Made by a program: the position numbers and the translations under genes. DNA of 46,755 nt from a virus (taxonomy: Duplodnaviria > Caudoviricetes), in IMG/VR virus record IMGVR_UViG_3300005573_000133, positions 1 to 46,755 of that record, one strand, 5' to 3'. The notes under the pieces are model-generated. The model was not told the origin of the DNA. It made no database searches and worked only from the letters and a program-made list of their open reading frames with translations. This document shows positions 9,059 through 17,800 of the stretch, one piece after another. Every line of letters begins with the position of its first letter. The first letter of the stretch is position 1.

Positions 9059-9391
9059 ATGCTGTTCGTTGATGTCGTTGGTGGTAAGGTGGTTCCTGGC
9101 ACCTCGCGTCCCGCTGTAATAGCCACAAGACACAAAGGTGCTCTGGAGTGGTTACAAAAGCAAGGGTTTGATGTAAGTGATGCGAAAGCATCACTTACAT
9201 CGGAGGACATTACACCATCTACAGTTATCATAGGTAATGTCCCGATGTGGCTGGCTTGCCAGGCGTATGCAGTGGCAGCCATAGAGTTCACTGGCACGCC
9301 TCCGCGTGGTGCTGAGTACACGCTGAAAGATATGGAGGCTGCTGGTGCACGCCTCGTGACCTACATGGTCAGCAAACTCGACCTCGACTAG
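9059..9391 (+). CDS. Csx16 (VVA1548)-like protein, putative cyclic oligoadenylate ring nuclease
   Basis: Recognised motifs TRHxGAxEWL, VIIGNVPxxLA, RGxExTxxDMxxxGARL, matching my recollection of the Csx16 family; AGGAGG SD. Confidence 0.7.
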   Translation: MLFVDVVGGKVVPGTSRPAVIATRHKGALEWLQKQGFDVSDAKASLTSEDITPSTVIIGNVPMWLACQAYAVAAIEFTGTPPRGAEYTLKDMEAAGARLVTYMVSKLDLD

Positions 9392-9399
9392 GAGAAGAC

Positions 9400-10104
9400 A
9401 TGACACTCAAAGCAGATGCAATTGTTCTCGTGAGTGGTGGTCTTGATAGTGCGGTGGTGCTCGCTAGTGTACACCACCTCAAATCTATTGCGCTGTTCAT
9501 TCATTATGGACAGCGTCATAAGGCGGAGTTGGATTGTGCCATCGAACTGACTCGATGGTACAGAGTACCACTCCACCAGGTGGAGCTACCTATATCTGAG
9601 TTGAGCACTCCTACATTCCTCACTGATAGGAGTGTTCGAACTGTTGATAAGGTAACCAAGGAGGAAGACATTCCCAACACATGGGTACCTTTCAGGAATA
9701 TGATGTTCCTGACCACAGCTGCTATGATTGCACATCGCATGGGCGCTCGTGAGATATACACAGGCGTCAATGCAGTGGATTATAGCGGATATCCTGATTG
9801 CAGACCTGGGTTCATCAAAGCAATGCAGGAGGCATTGAATATGGCTCTGCCTAAGGAGATGAGAGGTCTGAAGATACAAACGCCTCTCATCAATATGTCT
9901 AAAGCAGACATTGTTAGGTGGGGTCATAGTCTCAAAGTGCCATTCGAGGTGACCAATTCATGCTATAACCCCATGTACACATATGAGGAAGGGGATGAGT
10001 TCCCTCGTCTCATGGCATGTGGTGAATGCCCTTCCTGTGAAATCAGGAAGAAAGCATTCAAGGAAGCTGGCATTAAGGATCCCATACTCTACAAGACAAA
10101 GTGA
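9400..10104 (+). CDS. queC: 7-cyano-7-deazaguanine synthase
   Basis: SGGLDS PP-loop, YGQRH, VPFRN, YPDCR, and SCY...CGECPSC Zn ligands. Confidence 0.95.
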   Translation: MTLKADAIVLVSGGLDSAVVLASVHHLKSIALFIHYGQRHKAELDCAIELTRWYRVPLHQVELPISELSTPTFLTDRSVRTVDKVTKEEDIPNTWVPFRNMMFLTTAAMIAHRMGAREIYTGVNAVDYSGYPDCRPGFIKAMQEALNMALPKEMRGLKIQTPLINMSKADIVRWGHSLKVPFEVTNSCYNPMYTYEEGDEFPRLMACGECPSCEIRKKAFKEAGIKDPILYKTK

Positions 10105-10111
10105 GGTACTC

Positions 10112-10447
10112 ATGGCTGAGACAGAGTATGAACGATTGGTGAATCTAGTTCGGGAAATAGAACAGGGAAAGGCGAACCCTCAGTGGGTTCGCAACACCAA
10201 CCTTGAATGCTCAACCAGCTTGGCTGAGTTGGCCAAGATAGTTGGTGTTGCAGATGTTTTGGTGAAGGTAGTCAGTTACATGACTAACTACCACTGGGGA
10301 AGGAGTGAGCTCATCAATTACATTGATGAGCTCGTTCGAATGTATCCTCCCGAACTCCGAAAGGAGCTCGAGGAATGTGACAAAGGAGATTTCTGTCACA
10401 AACTGATTACGCTTCTTCTAAAGGCGAGAGTTCTGAGTCTCAAGTAG
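10112..10447 (+). CDS. Early hypothetical protein, paralog of 7266..7697
   Basis: GAGGT SD with ATG at 10112 (MAETEYERL); clear similarity to the 7266 ORF. Confidence 0.7.
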   Translation: MAETEYERLVNLVREIEQGKANPQWVRNTNLECSTSLAELAKIVGVADVLVKVVSYMTNYHWGRSELINYIDELVRMYPPELRKELEECDKGDFCHKLITLLLKARVLSLK

Positions 10448-10464
10448 TGTGGAAAGGAGGTACA

Positions 10465-10479
10465 ATGCATTGGCCCTAG
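10465..10479 (+). other. Minigene MHWP-stop
   Basis: GAAAGGAGGT then ATG CAT TGG CCC TAG. Confidence 0.45.
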
Positions 10480-10547
10480 CTATGCGGTCCTGGTGTGTGT
10501 TGGTAGGCTAAGTTTTTTGTTTGTCCCTTTCTTTACAGGAGGTTATT

Positions 10548-10664
10548 ATGACGATGTTCTTGATTGAGTTGGTGGTGGTAGTGCTGTCGTTCCTGATCAG
10601 TTATCTCATTCATCGTTATGGAAAGGAGGCGTTCATTAGTCTGAAATCCTTGCCACAGCAGTAG
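10548..10664 (+). CDS. 38 aa single-TM peptide (below the ORF-track cutoff)
   Basis: AGGAGG SD; MTMFLIELVVVVLSFLISYLIHRYGKEAFISLKSLPQQ. Confidence 0.55.
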   Translation: MTMFLIELVVVVLSFLISYLIHRYGKEAFISLKSLPQQ

Positions 10665-10714
10665 TGTGTACGTGTGTGTGTGTTCGTGTGTTCTAACCTG
10701 TAGGAGGTACTACA

Positions 10715-11062
10715 ATGGCTGAGATTAAGGAAGTGAAGGAGAACGAGGCGAAAGAGCGCAGGATCCCTGAGGATCGTGTGTTCAACTGTGTGGCGCCAGA
10801 TGATGAGATTCGTCTGGCGACTGTGAAGCTTCGTATGAAAGAAGGGCTCTCACGTTATGGAGCCTATCTGAAGTACGAGCTTCCTGGTCTCGTGAAAGCC
10901 TGCCAGGCGGCGGGCTTCCTCAGGAAGGATTATGAACTTCCTGATCCTGCCACCCGCAAGGGTGGAAGAGTGTCCGAAGTCGAGAAAGAGAATGCTCGGC
11001 TCAAGGCACTCATCAAGGAGTACGAGGCCAAACTCGCACAGCTTGGTGCTGCCAAGAAGTAA
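10715..11062 (+). CDS. Hypothetical protein with C-terminal coiled coil
   Basis: AGGAGGT SD; followed by a terminator. Confidence 0.75.
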   Translation: MAEIKEVKENEAKERRIPEDRVFNCVAPDDEIRLATVKLRMKEGLSRYGAYLKYELPGLVKACQAAGFLRKDYELPDPATRKGGRVSEVEKENARLKALIKEYEAKLAQLGAAKK

Positions 11063-11072
11063 CCTCTTCTGA

Positions 11073-11121
11073 GGCACTGGAGTGGGTGAACAACCCACTC
11101 CAGTGCCCTCCTTTTTTTTTT
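11073..11121 (+). terminator. Rho-independent terminator
   Basis: GGCACTGGAGTGGGT/ACCCACTCCAGTGCC stem followed by T10. Confidence 0.85.
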
Positions 11122-11125
11122 AGCT

Positions 11126-11761
11126 ATGCTCATCAGTAACAAAGTGTTCACTGGTGGTAAGAACTGCCTCACACTGGAAGGTGAGGATGATGTAGTCATA
11201 CGTGACTGTGCTTTTACAGACCCAGAAGGACCTGCAGATCCATATGGACATTGTCTGCAGCTGATCAGTTGTAGGAGAGTGCACATCAGCAGATGCGTCT
11301 TCACCAAGGGTAAGAGGAGTGAAGATGCCATCAATATCTTCAAGTCTCAGGGTGTTACCATAGCAGATTGCAGAGTATTGGGTACTGGTGAGTCAGAGTC
11401 AGGTAATGGTATTACCATTGACTATGGCTCAAGTGGAGTAACAATCACAAGATGTAAGATAAACACAGGGAACAAGTGTGGTATTGTAGTTGCTTATGGT
11501 TCACAACACCTCATCGTTGGCAACGACATAGATGCCGCCTGGATGGACATACTCGTTAGAGGATTCTACACCAAGGTAGGTAAGCCTACAGAGAATCCTA
11601 AAGTAGTGTGTCCAGTCACAGATGTGGTCATACACCACAACCGCCACCGCATAGAAATCGCACCACCGCCTTTCACACAGAGAGTGGAGGTGTCATATGA
11701 AGAGTCAGCCTCTCTACCCATATCAGGAGAGAGTCAGAAACTTCCTAAGAGAAAGGGATAG
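11126..11761 (+). CDS. Right-handed parallel beta-helix protein
   Basis: Repeated VxIxxCx rungs (VVIRDC, VHISRC, VTIADC, VTITRC) and EDAINI. Confidence 0.7.
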   Translation: MLISNKVFTGGKNCLTLEGEDDVVIRDCAFTDPEGPADPYGHCLQLISCRRVHISRCVFTKGKRSEDAINIFKSQGVTIADCRVLGTGESESGNGITIDYGSSGVTITRCKINTGNKCGIVVAYGSQHLIVGNDIDAAWMDILVRGFYTKVGKPTENPKVVCPVTDVVIHHNRHRIEIAPPPFTQRVEVSYEESASLPISGESQKLPKRKG

Positions 11762-13055
11762 AGCTGGTTGCTTCGTCTTCTATGGCGGTGGCAAAACTTA
11801 CTTGGCACTTCAGTGGTTGGAAGACCATGGTCTTCCAGCACCAGTGCTCATCTTGTGCCCCAAGACACTCATTCGTCAGTGGGGTAATGAGATAGAGAAA
11901 CACACTGACTGGGATTATATCATCCTAGGAAGTGATCCCAAAGAAGTGCGTGGTAAGAAGAAACTCATCTTCGAGGGCAGAGCACCCATAGTAATCACAA
12001 ACTATGAAGCATTTATGGGTGCGCGTAGGGATGTGATTACTGGTACTGCTTGGGGTGCTCTCATCATTGATGAGAGCACTGCGTTCAAGAATCCACGCAC
12101 ACTCCGCTTTAAGCACTACAAGAAGCTGCTGGTGAGACCACAGCACAGACTTCTCCTCTCAGGTGCACCTATCCTTGAAGACCTCATGGACATCTGGTCA
12201 CAGATGTACATGATGGATCTTGGTAAGACATTCGGTGATAACTTCTGGAAGTTCAGGACTGAATATTTCAATCCTGGACCTCCTTGGAAGCCATTCGAAT
12301 GGGTACCAAAGAAGGATGCAGTTGAGCGGATCACAGAGAAACTCCGCAATTCTTGCATCCTCGTCAGTAAGGATGGAGTAGAGAATGAATTACCTGAGAA
12401 GAGGTACATCCGCGTAGAGCTGCCACTACCAATGCCCACCCGCATAGCATACGAGGAACTGCGAAAGCAGTTCCGACTAGAGCTTGATGGGCAGCTAGTG
12501 GTGGATACTATGTGGGCAGCTGTGCGTGCCAATAAGCTGCATCAGATGGCACAAGGTTTCTTGTATGGACAAGAAGGTGGTGAAGCTCTGTGGCTTCACA
12601 ACCAGAAAGGAGAATGGCTTGCAGAGAGTATTCGCATGATAGTCAGGACAGGACCTACAATAGTGTGGGTCCCATACAAAGCACAGTTGGAAAGATTACA
12701 CCAGGAACTGGAGGTGTCTCATGTAGTACTTCATGGAGACATGACACAGGAAGAGAGGAATGCATCTGTGGAATGTTTCAAGAAAGGAGGCGTCGATGTC
12801 ATAATCATGACTATCGCCGCTGGCTATGCGGGTCTCAATTTGCCAGAGGCGAGCAACGCAATCTTCCTAGGATGCGATTTCTCAGCATCTCATAGAATGA
12901 ATGCTGAGGACAGGTGTCATCGTGTGAGTAGTAAGCACAAGTGTGTGACCTACTATGATGTTGTGTGTGCACATACTATAGATGTGCACGTACTGGATGT
13001 GCTGTCTGGTAAAGCAGAGTTAGCTGACGAGGTGGTTAAACACCTCAAGGAGTAA
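11697..13055 (+). CDS. SNF2-family (SF2) helicase
   Basis: LYPYQ, GGGKT, ITNYE, IIDEST, LLLSGAP, GLNL, AEDRCHR. Confidence 0.9.
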   Translation: MKSQPLYPYQERVRNFLRERDRAGCFVFYGGGKTYLALQWLEDHGLPAPVLILCPKTLIRQWGNEIEKHTDWDYIILGSDPKEVRGKKKLIFEGRAPIVITNYEAFMGARRDVITGTAWGALIIDESTAFKNPRTLRFKHYKKLLVRPQHRLLLSGAPILEDLMDIWSQMYMMDLGKTFGDNFWKFRTEYFNPGPPWKPFEWVPKKDAVERITEKLRNSCILVSKDGVENELPEKRYIRVELPLPMPTRIAYEELRKQFRLELDGQLVVDTMWAAVRANKLHQMAQGFLYGQEGGEALWLHNQKGEWLAESIRMIVRTGPTIVWVPYKAQLERLHQELEVSHVVLHGDMTQEERNASVECFKKGGVDVIIMTIAAGYAGLNLPEASNAIFLGCDFSASHRMNAEDRCHRVSSKHKCVTYYDVVCAHTIDVHVLDVLSGKAELADEVVKHLKE

Positions 13056-13057
13056 TC

Positions 13058-13348
13058 ATGAAACTGAGTATCAACTACGTGTCTGGATTGGTGTACATGA
13101 CTTGCTCGTTCGAGCCTGGTGCGACTCCAGAACAGAATACGAATGAAGCCAAGAACGCACTCACTGCGATAGCAACTGTTCTGGACTCTCTGTGGCACAG
13201 TCTGAACAAGGAAAGGAAAGATATGGACAATGTACTGCAAGATGCAATTGAGGAACTGAGGAAGACAGGATGTCAAGCAGAAGGTTACTCACTGAAGCGA
13301 GAGGATGAGGAAGAGGAAGAAGGTGAGCGCTGGGATGGAATGTCCTGA
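13058..13348 (+). CDS. Hypothetical protein
   Basis: 96 aa; AAGGAG SD; acidic tail. Confidence 0.6.
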   Translation: MKLSINYVSGLVYMTCSFEPGATPEQNTNEAKNALTAIATVLDSLWHSLNKERKDMDNVLQDAIEELRKTGCQAEGYSLKREDEEEEEGERWDGMS

Positions 13349-13359
13349 AAATTAATTTC

Positions 13360-13389
13360 TTGCACCCCATGATGTTTGATGAATATAAT
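13360..13389 (+). promoter_or_regulatory. Sigma70-type promoter
   Basis: TTGCAC (13360) - N18 - TATAAT (13384), with an AT-rich UP-like tract upstream and a GGAGG SD downstream. Confidence 0.65.
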
Positions 13390-13404
13390 ATTTATGGAGG
13401 TGTG

Positions 13405-14283
13405 ATGGATGAGGAGCATCTTTCCATATCATGTAGTAGCGCAGGGTGTTTCCTTACATGTCCAAGGAGGTACTTCTACGAGTATGTAATGAGACTCTCC
13501 CCGAGGGAGGAGTATCACTACTTCCTCTGGGGTAAGCTAGTGCACGCCTATGCCAACTATGTTGACATGGGTGTGACAGAGCATGAAGATATAATGAAGG
13601 AGCTCGAGCAGGGTGAGTGTGCTGAACTTGCTAAGATATGCAGTTCATCTCTCAAAGCATTGTTCTTAGCACACCGCTTCAAGTACAGAGAAGAGGATAA
13701 GCACTACATAACCCTGGCGAGTGAAGTGAAGTTCAAGTATGACCTAACCTATGACACTAGCTTCGTAGGTCGGGTTGATAGGATAGTAGAAGACAAGAGG
13801 ACAGGTAAGAGGTATGTCTGGGAGCGCAAGACAGCTTCCCAGACGAGTACAACCTTCTGGAAGTACATCGAGATGAATCCGCAGACGCGAGGTTATCCAT
13901 TTGCAGTAGAAAGGACACTAGGACTGCAAGTGGATGGAATCATCTATGATGTACTCAAGAAGCCAGCACTGCATAAGAATGCACTGGAGACAGAAGAAGC
14001 ACTCCAGGAGAGAGTTGCTTATGCATACCTGGCTCGTCCAGAGGAGTACCTCATAAGGAAGGTGTTTCCACTGACACAGGAGCAGATTGATTCGTTTGAG
14101 TGGTGGCTCATGGGTGTCAGATCAAGTCTCAAGGAGGCTATGCGGTCTGGGTGGTGGGTGCCTCACCATCCGCCTATCTGGTATCCATGTCCATTCGAGC
14201 GTATCTGTCCAGACAATGATGCGTGTATATCGAATAGTTTCGTGTCTCGTCCCAGAGAGGAATTTCACAAGGAGCTTGTATGA
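13405..14283 (+). CDS. PD-(D/E)XK exonuclease (RecB/Cas4-like)
   Basis: CPRRYFYEY, GKLVH, E...GRVDRI...WERKT, QxxxY, C-terminal CPFERIC. Confidence 0.8.
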   Translation: MDEEHLSISCSSAGCFLTCPRRYFYEYVMRLSPREEYHYFLWGKLVHAYANYVDMGVTEHEDIMKELEQGECAELAKICSSSLKALFLAHRFKYREEDKHYITLASEVKFKYDLTYDTSFVGRVDRIVEDKRTGKRYVWERKTASQTSTTFWKYIEMNPQTRGYPFAVERTLGLQVDGIIYDVLKKPALHKNALETEEALQERVAYAYLARPEEYLIRKVFPLTQEQIDSFEWWLMGVRSSLKEAMRSGWWVPHHPPIWYPCPFERICPDNDACISNSFVSRPREEFHKELV

Positions 14284-14633
14284 AGGTCGAAGTGATTATC
14301 AGTGATGATGGTAGGAATCGTGCTGAGGCTTACATAAGAATCCTCAACAAGGAAGGTAAGCTCAGTACAGAGGACTTCATCAAAGCACTCAGTGCTGTCA
14401 TGAAGGTGGCAGAGAGGTGTGTAGAGAGACTTGCACGCCTCGTAGAGAGAAGTAAGGAACCTGAGTCCATGGAGAGGTATGTCTCCGATGTGTACGAACA
14501 AGTCACTGCTAGGATTATGAAGATCATAACCCAGCAAGCACAAACACAACCAGCACCAGCACAACCAACGCCAACACCACCTGAACTGAAGCCTGAGGAC
14601 TTCCAGGGAGATGATGATGCTAGTAAGCAGTAA
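14280..14633 (+). CDS. Hypothetical protein
   Basis: ATGA-coupled, 117 aa. Confidence 0.6.
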   Translation: MKVEVIISDDGRNRAEAYIRILNKEGKLSTEDFIKALSAVMKVAERCVERLARLVERSKEPESMERYVSDVYEQVTARIMKIITQQAQTQPAPAQPTPTPPELKPEDFQGDDDASKQ

Positions 14634-15420
14634 GTCAGTACCAGAATCTGATCCTAGGAAGTACCTCACCACAGTGATAGGTGATGCTGGTGTAGGTAAG
14701 ACTACATGGGCATCGCACATAGAAGGTGCGTACTTCCTAATGACAGAGATGGGAACACAAGGTGTCTCTGTCAGAGGTGAACCAATTCTTAGCTGGCCTG
14801 CATTCAAAGAGAAGTTGAATGAGATATGGCAGGCTAGAAAGGATGGCTGGAAAGATGTGGAACCTATAACGAGCATCGTTGTAGACACCTATGATGTACT
14901 ATTCGACATGGTAGGTCAGTGGGTGTGCGAGAACGAACAGTTCGTTATAGAGGGACGCCCTACAAGGTACACCAAGATAGATGATGTACCTTTTGGCAAA
15001 GGATACGCTCGTGTGAGCCAACTGCTACTAGGCGTAATCACACGATTCCACCTAGCTGGATTCGGTGTGTTCCTCCTGTGTCACTCTAAGGAACGCGTAG
15101 TGCGGTGGAAGGGACAAGCAGTCATGATGTATGGACCGCGATTGAGTCCCTCCGCTTCAGAGGCACTGATCAATGCCTCAGGTGCTGTAGGTTACTTCAG
15201 AGTGGAGCAGGAGGTAAGAAAGGAAGGTGACGAGATCGTCATCGCAAATGAGAGACGCGTACAGCAATGGCAACCTACGTTTCAAGTGGCAGCTAAACAT
15301 AGATTGCCAGGGTTTCCAGCGGAGCTGCCATTAACAAGACTTGAAGGTTGGCAGACATACTGTCAAGCGTTCAAGGAGGCGTACGAGAAGGAGGTTCAAA
15401 GCATTGGCACTAGAAGCTAA
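14611..15420 (+). CDS. AAA_24/Sak4-like ATPase (recombination)
   Basis: GDAGVGKTT, IVVDT, FGKGY, LLCH, AKHR; lies between nuclease and SSB. Confidence 0.8.
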   Translation: MMMLVSSKSVPESDPRKYLTTVIGDAGVGKTTWASHIEGAYFLMTEMGTQGVSVRGEPILSWPAFKEKLNEIWQARKDGWKDVEPITSIVVDTYDVLFDMVGQWVCENEQFVIEGRPTRYTKIDDVPFGKGYARVSQLLLGVITRFHLAGFGVFLLCHSKERVVRWKGQAVMMYGPRLSPSASEALINASGAVGYFRVEQEVRKEGDEIVIANERRVQQWQPTFQVAAKHRLPGFPAELPLTRLEGWQTYCQAFKEAYEKEVQSIGTRS

Positions 15421-15551
15421 GATAACTCTCAAGGTTGTACTAACAGGTGGTTACATTGTGTGCGTGGATGGTGATGAGCCATACACGTACGCACGTGACA
15501 GAGCAGAACTGAAGCAAAAGGTTATTGACATCATTGAAGCTTTAACAGTTA

Positions 15552-16088
15552 ATGAGGAGCAACAACATGACAACAAACAGCAACAGCAACAGCGGTGAGT
15601 TCACTCTGGATGATGCGGTATCGCATCTGAAGAACATGTTCGGTGATGACCTGTCTAATGTTGAAGCAAGGACAGGTCCTAAGAAACTTCCTCCTGGACA
15701 GGTAGTCATGAGGATTGAGAACGTGTTCACCAACACGTCCTCACGTCTTGGCCGAAAGCAACTGAACATTCAGTGTTCAGTTCTTTGGCATGAGCATGGT
15801 GAAGGATATGTTGGATATACATATGTGCGTTCTTGGGGACTCGAAGACAAAGAATCTTTTGAGTACCTCAAGGGCGCTCTTGTAAATCTTGGTCTGGGTG
15901 AGCTGAAGACTCCCCAAGACCTGAAACGCATAGCCAAGGACGCCATTGGCATAGTGTTCAAGGGCGTCCTCCTGGAGAGTAGGAATCCTTCCTATCCTCC
16001 CACGTTGTTCATCCCCGAGGATAGCAGAAATGTCCCTCCTGCCTTGGGAGCAACTCCCAAGAAGGAAGGTGACGATGTAGCATTCTGA
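15552..16088 (+). CDS. Putative single-stranded DNA-binding protein (DUF669-like)
   Basis: LPPG motif, acidic-aromatic C-terminus DDVAF, downstream of the Sak4-like ATPase. Confidence 0.6.
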   Translation: MRSNNMTTNSNSNSGEFTLDDAVSHLKNMFGDDLSNVEARTGPKKLPPGQVVMRIENVFTNTSSRLGRKQLNIQCSVLWHEHGEGYVGYTYVRSWGLEDKESFEYLKGALVNLGLGELKTPQDLKRIAKDAIGIVFKGVLLESRNPSYPPTLFIPEDSRNVPPALGATPKKEGDDVAF

Positions 16089-16111
16089 CTCCTCCTCTCC
16101 ACCTCCCTGGG

Positions 16112-16177
16112 GTTGGGGTGGTGTGGCAACACACCACCCCAACTACTATTTTGTTATTTGTTATTTGTTATTTGTTA
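16112..16177 (+). terminator. Hairpin terminator followed by TTATTTG tandem repeats
   Basis: GTTGGGGTGGTGTG/CACACCACCCCAAC stem, then about four 7-bp T-rich repeats before queD. Confidence 0.65.
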
Positions 16178-16192
16178 ACCGAGAGGTGAATC

Positions 16193-16606
16193 ATGTACGA
16201 ACTCAAAGTACAAGACCACTTTGACGCAGCTCATAGACTGCTCAAGTATGCGGGTAAGTGTTCACGCCTACATGGACATACTTGGACAGTAATTGCATGC
16301 GTCAAGGTAGGTAAGAAAGGAGCTCTGGGTATTTCCTTGGACTTCTCCTTGCTGAAGGAGGAGCTGAAGAAGGTGGTGGATGAGTTCGATCACAAGGTGC
16401 TTCTGAGTGAAGAAGATCCCTTGTTGTATCATCTCAACCTCCAGGATGTGGTGTTGATGAAACCCAATCCTACGGCGGAGGTGATAGCTGAGAGCATACA
16501 TGAATCATTACTCCGCGCATTGCATGAATTGGACATAGAGGAGCTCACTGTAACAGTGAGAGAAGGGGTCAACAATGAGTGCACCTATAATCCCCAACGG
16601 TGTTAG
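16193..16606 (+). CDS. queD: 6-carboxytetrahydropterin synthase
   Basis: FDAAH, CxxLHGH, DF, FDH, NPTAE. Confidence 0.93.
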   Translation: MYELKVQDHFDAAHRLLKYAGKCSRLHGHTWTVIACVKVGKKGALGISLDFSLLKEELKKVVDEFDHKVLLSEEDPLLYHLNLQDVVLMKPNPTAEVIAESIHESLLRALHELDIEELTVTVREGVNNECTYNPQRC

Positions 16607-17216
16607 CGTAGGAGAACTGCGTGTATGTGAGATGTTCAGAAGCATACACGGAGAGGGTAAGTACGCAGGTACACCCATGGCATTCATAAGATTGGCTGGG
16701 TGTAATGTTGCGTGCACGAAGAACACACAAGGTTTCGATTGCGATACTAACTGGAGATCCTTCGTGAAGATGGATGTAGATGCCATCTTGAAGGAACTTC
16801 CACCAAGCAATCGAGTGTGCATTACAGGAGGTGAACCATTCTTACAAGACCTGACTAGGTTAGTGCATTTCCTCAGGAGAAGTGGTAAGCTGGTACATGT
16901 GGAGACGAATGGTACAGTGGATGTACCATACTCACTGCTGAGCGAGTTTACCCACATCACAGTATCACCTAAGAGGGATACTGAGTTGAGGATAGGATTT
17001 GCTCACGAAGTGAGAGTGGTTCTGGTTAAGGGACAGAAACCAGACCCTCATCTCCTGAAGAGGTTCGAAGGTGCAGTGTTCTATGTATCTCCTGCATGGG
17101 ATGGATTGAAGCCTGTGCAAGAGAACATAAAGTGGTGTGTGGATTTCGTGTCTCAACCCGAGAATGAACCCTGGAGGTTGAGCACACAACTTCATAAGTG
17201 GATAGGAGTAAGATAA
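16575..17216 (+). CDS. queE: 7-carboxy-7-deazaguanine synthase (radical SAM)
   Basis: FxSIxGEG, FIRLAGCNVAC...CDT, ITGGEP, VETNG, VSPK, QLHK. Confidence 0.93.
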   Translation: MSAPIIPNGVSVGELRVCEMFRSIHGEGKYAGTPMAFIRLAGCNVACTKNTQGFDCDTNWRSFVKMDVDAILKELPPSNRVCITGGEPFLQDLTRLVHFLRRSGKLVHVETNGTVDVPYSLLSEFTHITVSPKRDTELRIGFAHEVRVVLVKGQKPDPHLLKRFEGAVFYVSPAWDGLKPVQENIKWCVDFVSQPENEPWRLSTQLHKWIGVR

Positions 17217-17800
17217 TGACAGAAGAAGAAATCTATGAAATGTGGGATCAGTATGCGGACCTTCCGAAAATACTCATGGATGCTGGCGAGGACTTGGAGA
17301 GACCAGGTCTCATCGACACTCCAGAGAGATTCGGGAGGATGATGAGGAATGAGCTGCTTGTTGGTTATAGTATCCTTCCAGAGGAGGTTCTTTCTGCTAG
17401 TTGGGAAGATGAAGGTGGTGGTGTCAACGTATGTAGGAACATCACATTCACTTCACTGTGTGAACATCACTTGATGCCATTCTTTGGTACTGTTAGCCTG
17501 GGCTATGCGCCTGGGGGTTGGGTGTGCGGGTTGAGCAAACTCGCTCGACTTGTGGATTGCTTTGCAAGGCGTTTGCAGATTCAGGAGAGAATGACCAACC
17601 AGATAGCAGATGCTATAGCAGAGCATATCCATGACCCAGCTGATGCGAATGAAGGAAAACCAAAAGGAGTAGCTGTTATTGTAAAAGCAACACATCTGTG
17701 TTGCAAGGGTAGAGGAGTCAAGCAGCAGTGGATGGAATACGAGACCATCGCACTGCGTGGTGATGAAGCTAATCGTGTATTGAGGACACTCCAATGCTAA
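17198..17800 (+). CDS. folE: GTP cyclohydrolase I
   Basis: GLxDTPxR, SLCEHHLMPF, GLSKLAR, RLQIQER, HLC..RG. Confidence 0.95.
   Translation: MDRSKIMTEEEIYEMWDQYADLPKILMDAGEDLERPGLIDTPERFGRMMRNELLVGYSILPEEVLSASWEDEGGGVNVCRNITFTSLCEHHLMPFFGTVSLGYAPGGWVCGLSKLARLVDCFARRLQIQERMTNQIADAIAEHIHDPADANEGKPKGVAVIVKATHLCCKGRGVKQQWMEYETIALRGDEANRVLRTLQC

Noticed and set aside
10470-10512. Fifth pseudoknot copy (TGGTAGGC present)
   Set aside because: I could not find the long first stem or a CCTACC loop; at most a degenerate relic.
13405-14283. Cas4-like nuclease as part of a CRISPR-Cas locus
   Set aside because: It sits in the standard phage exonuclease-Sak4-SSB recombination module; no cas1, cas2 or array is present.
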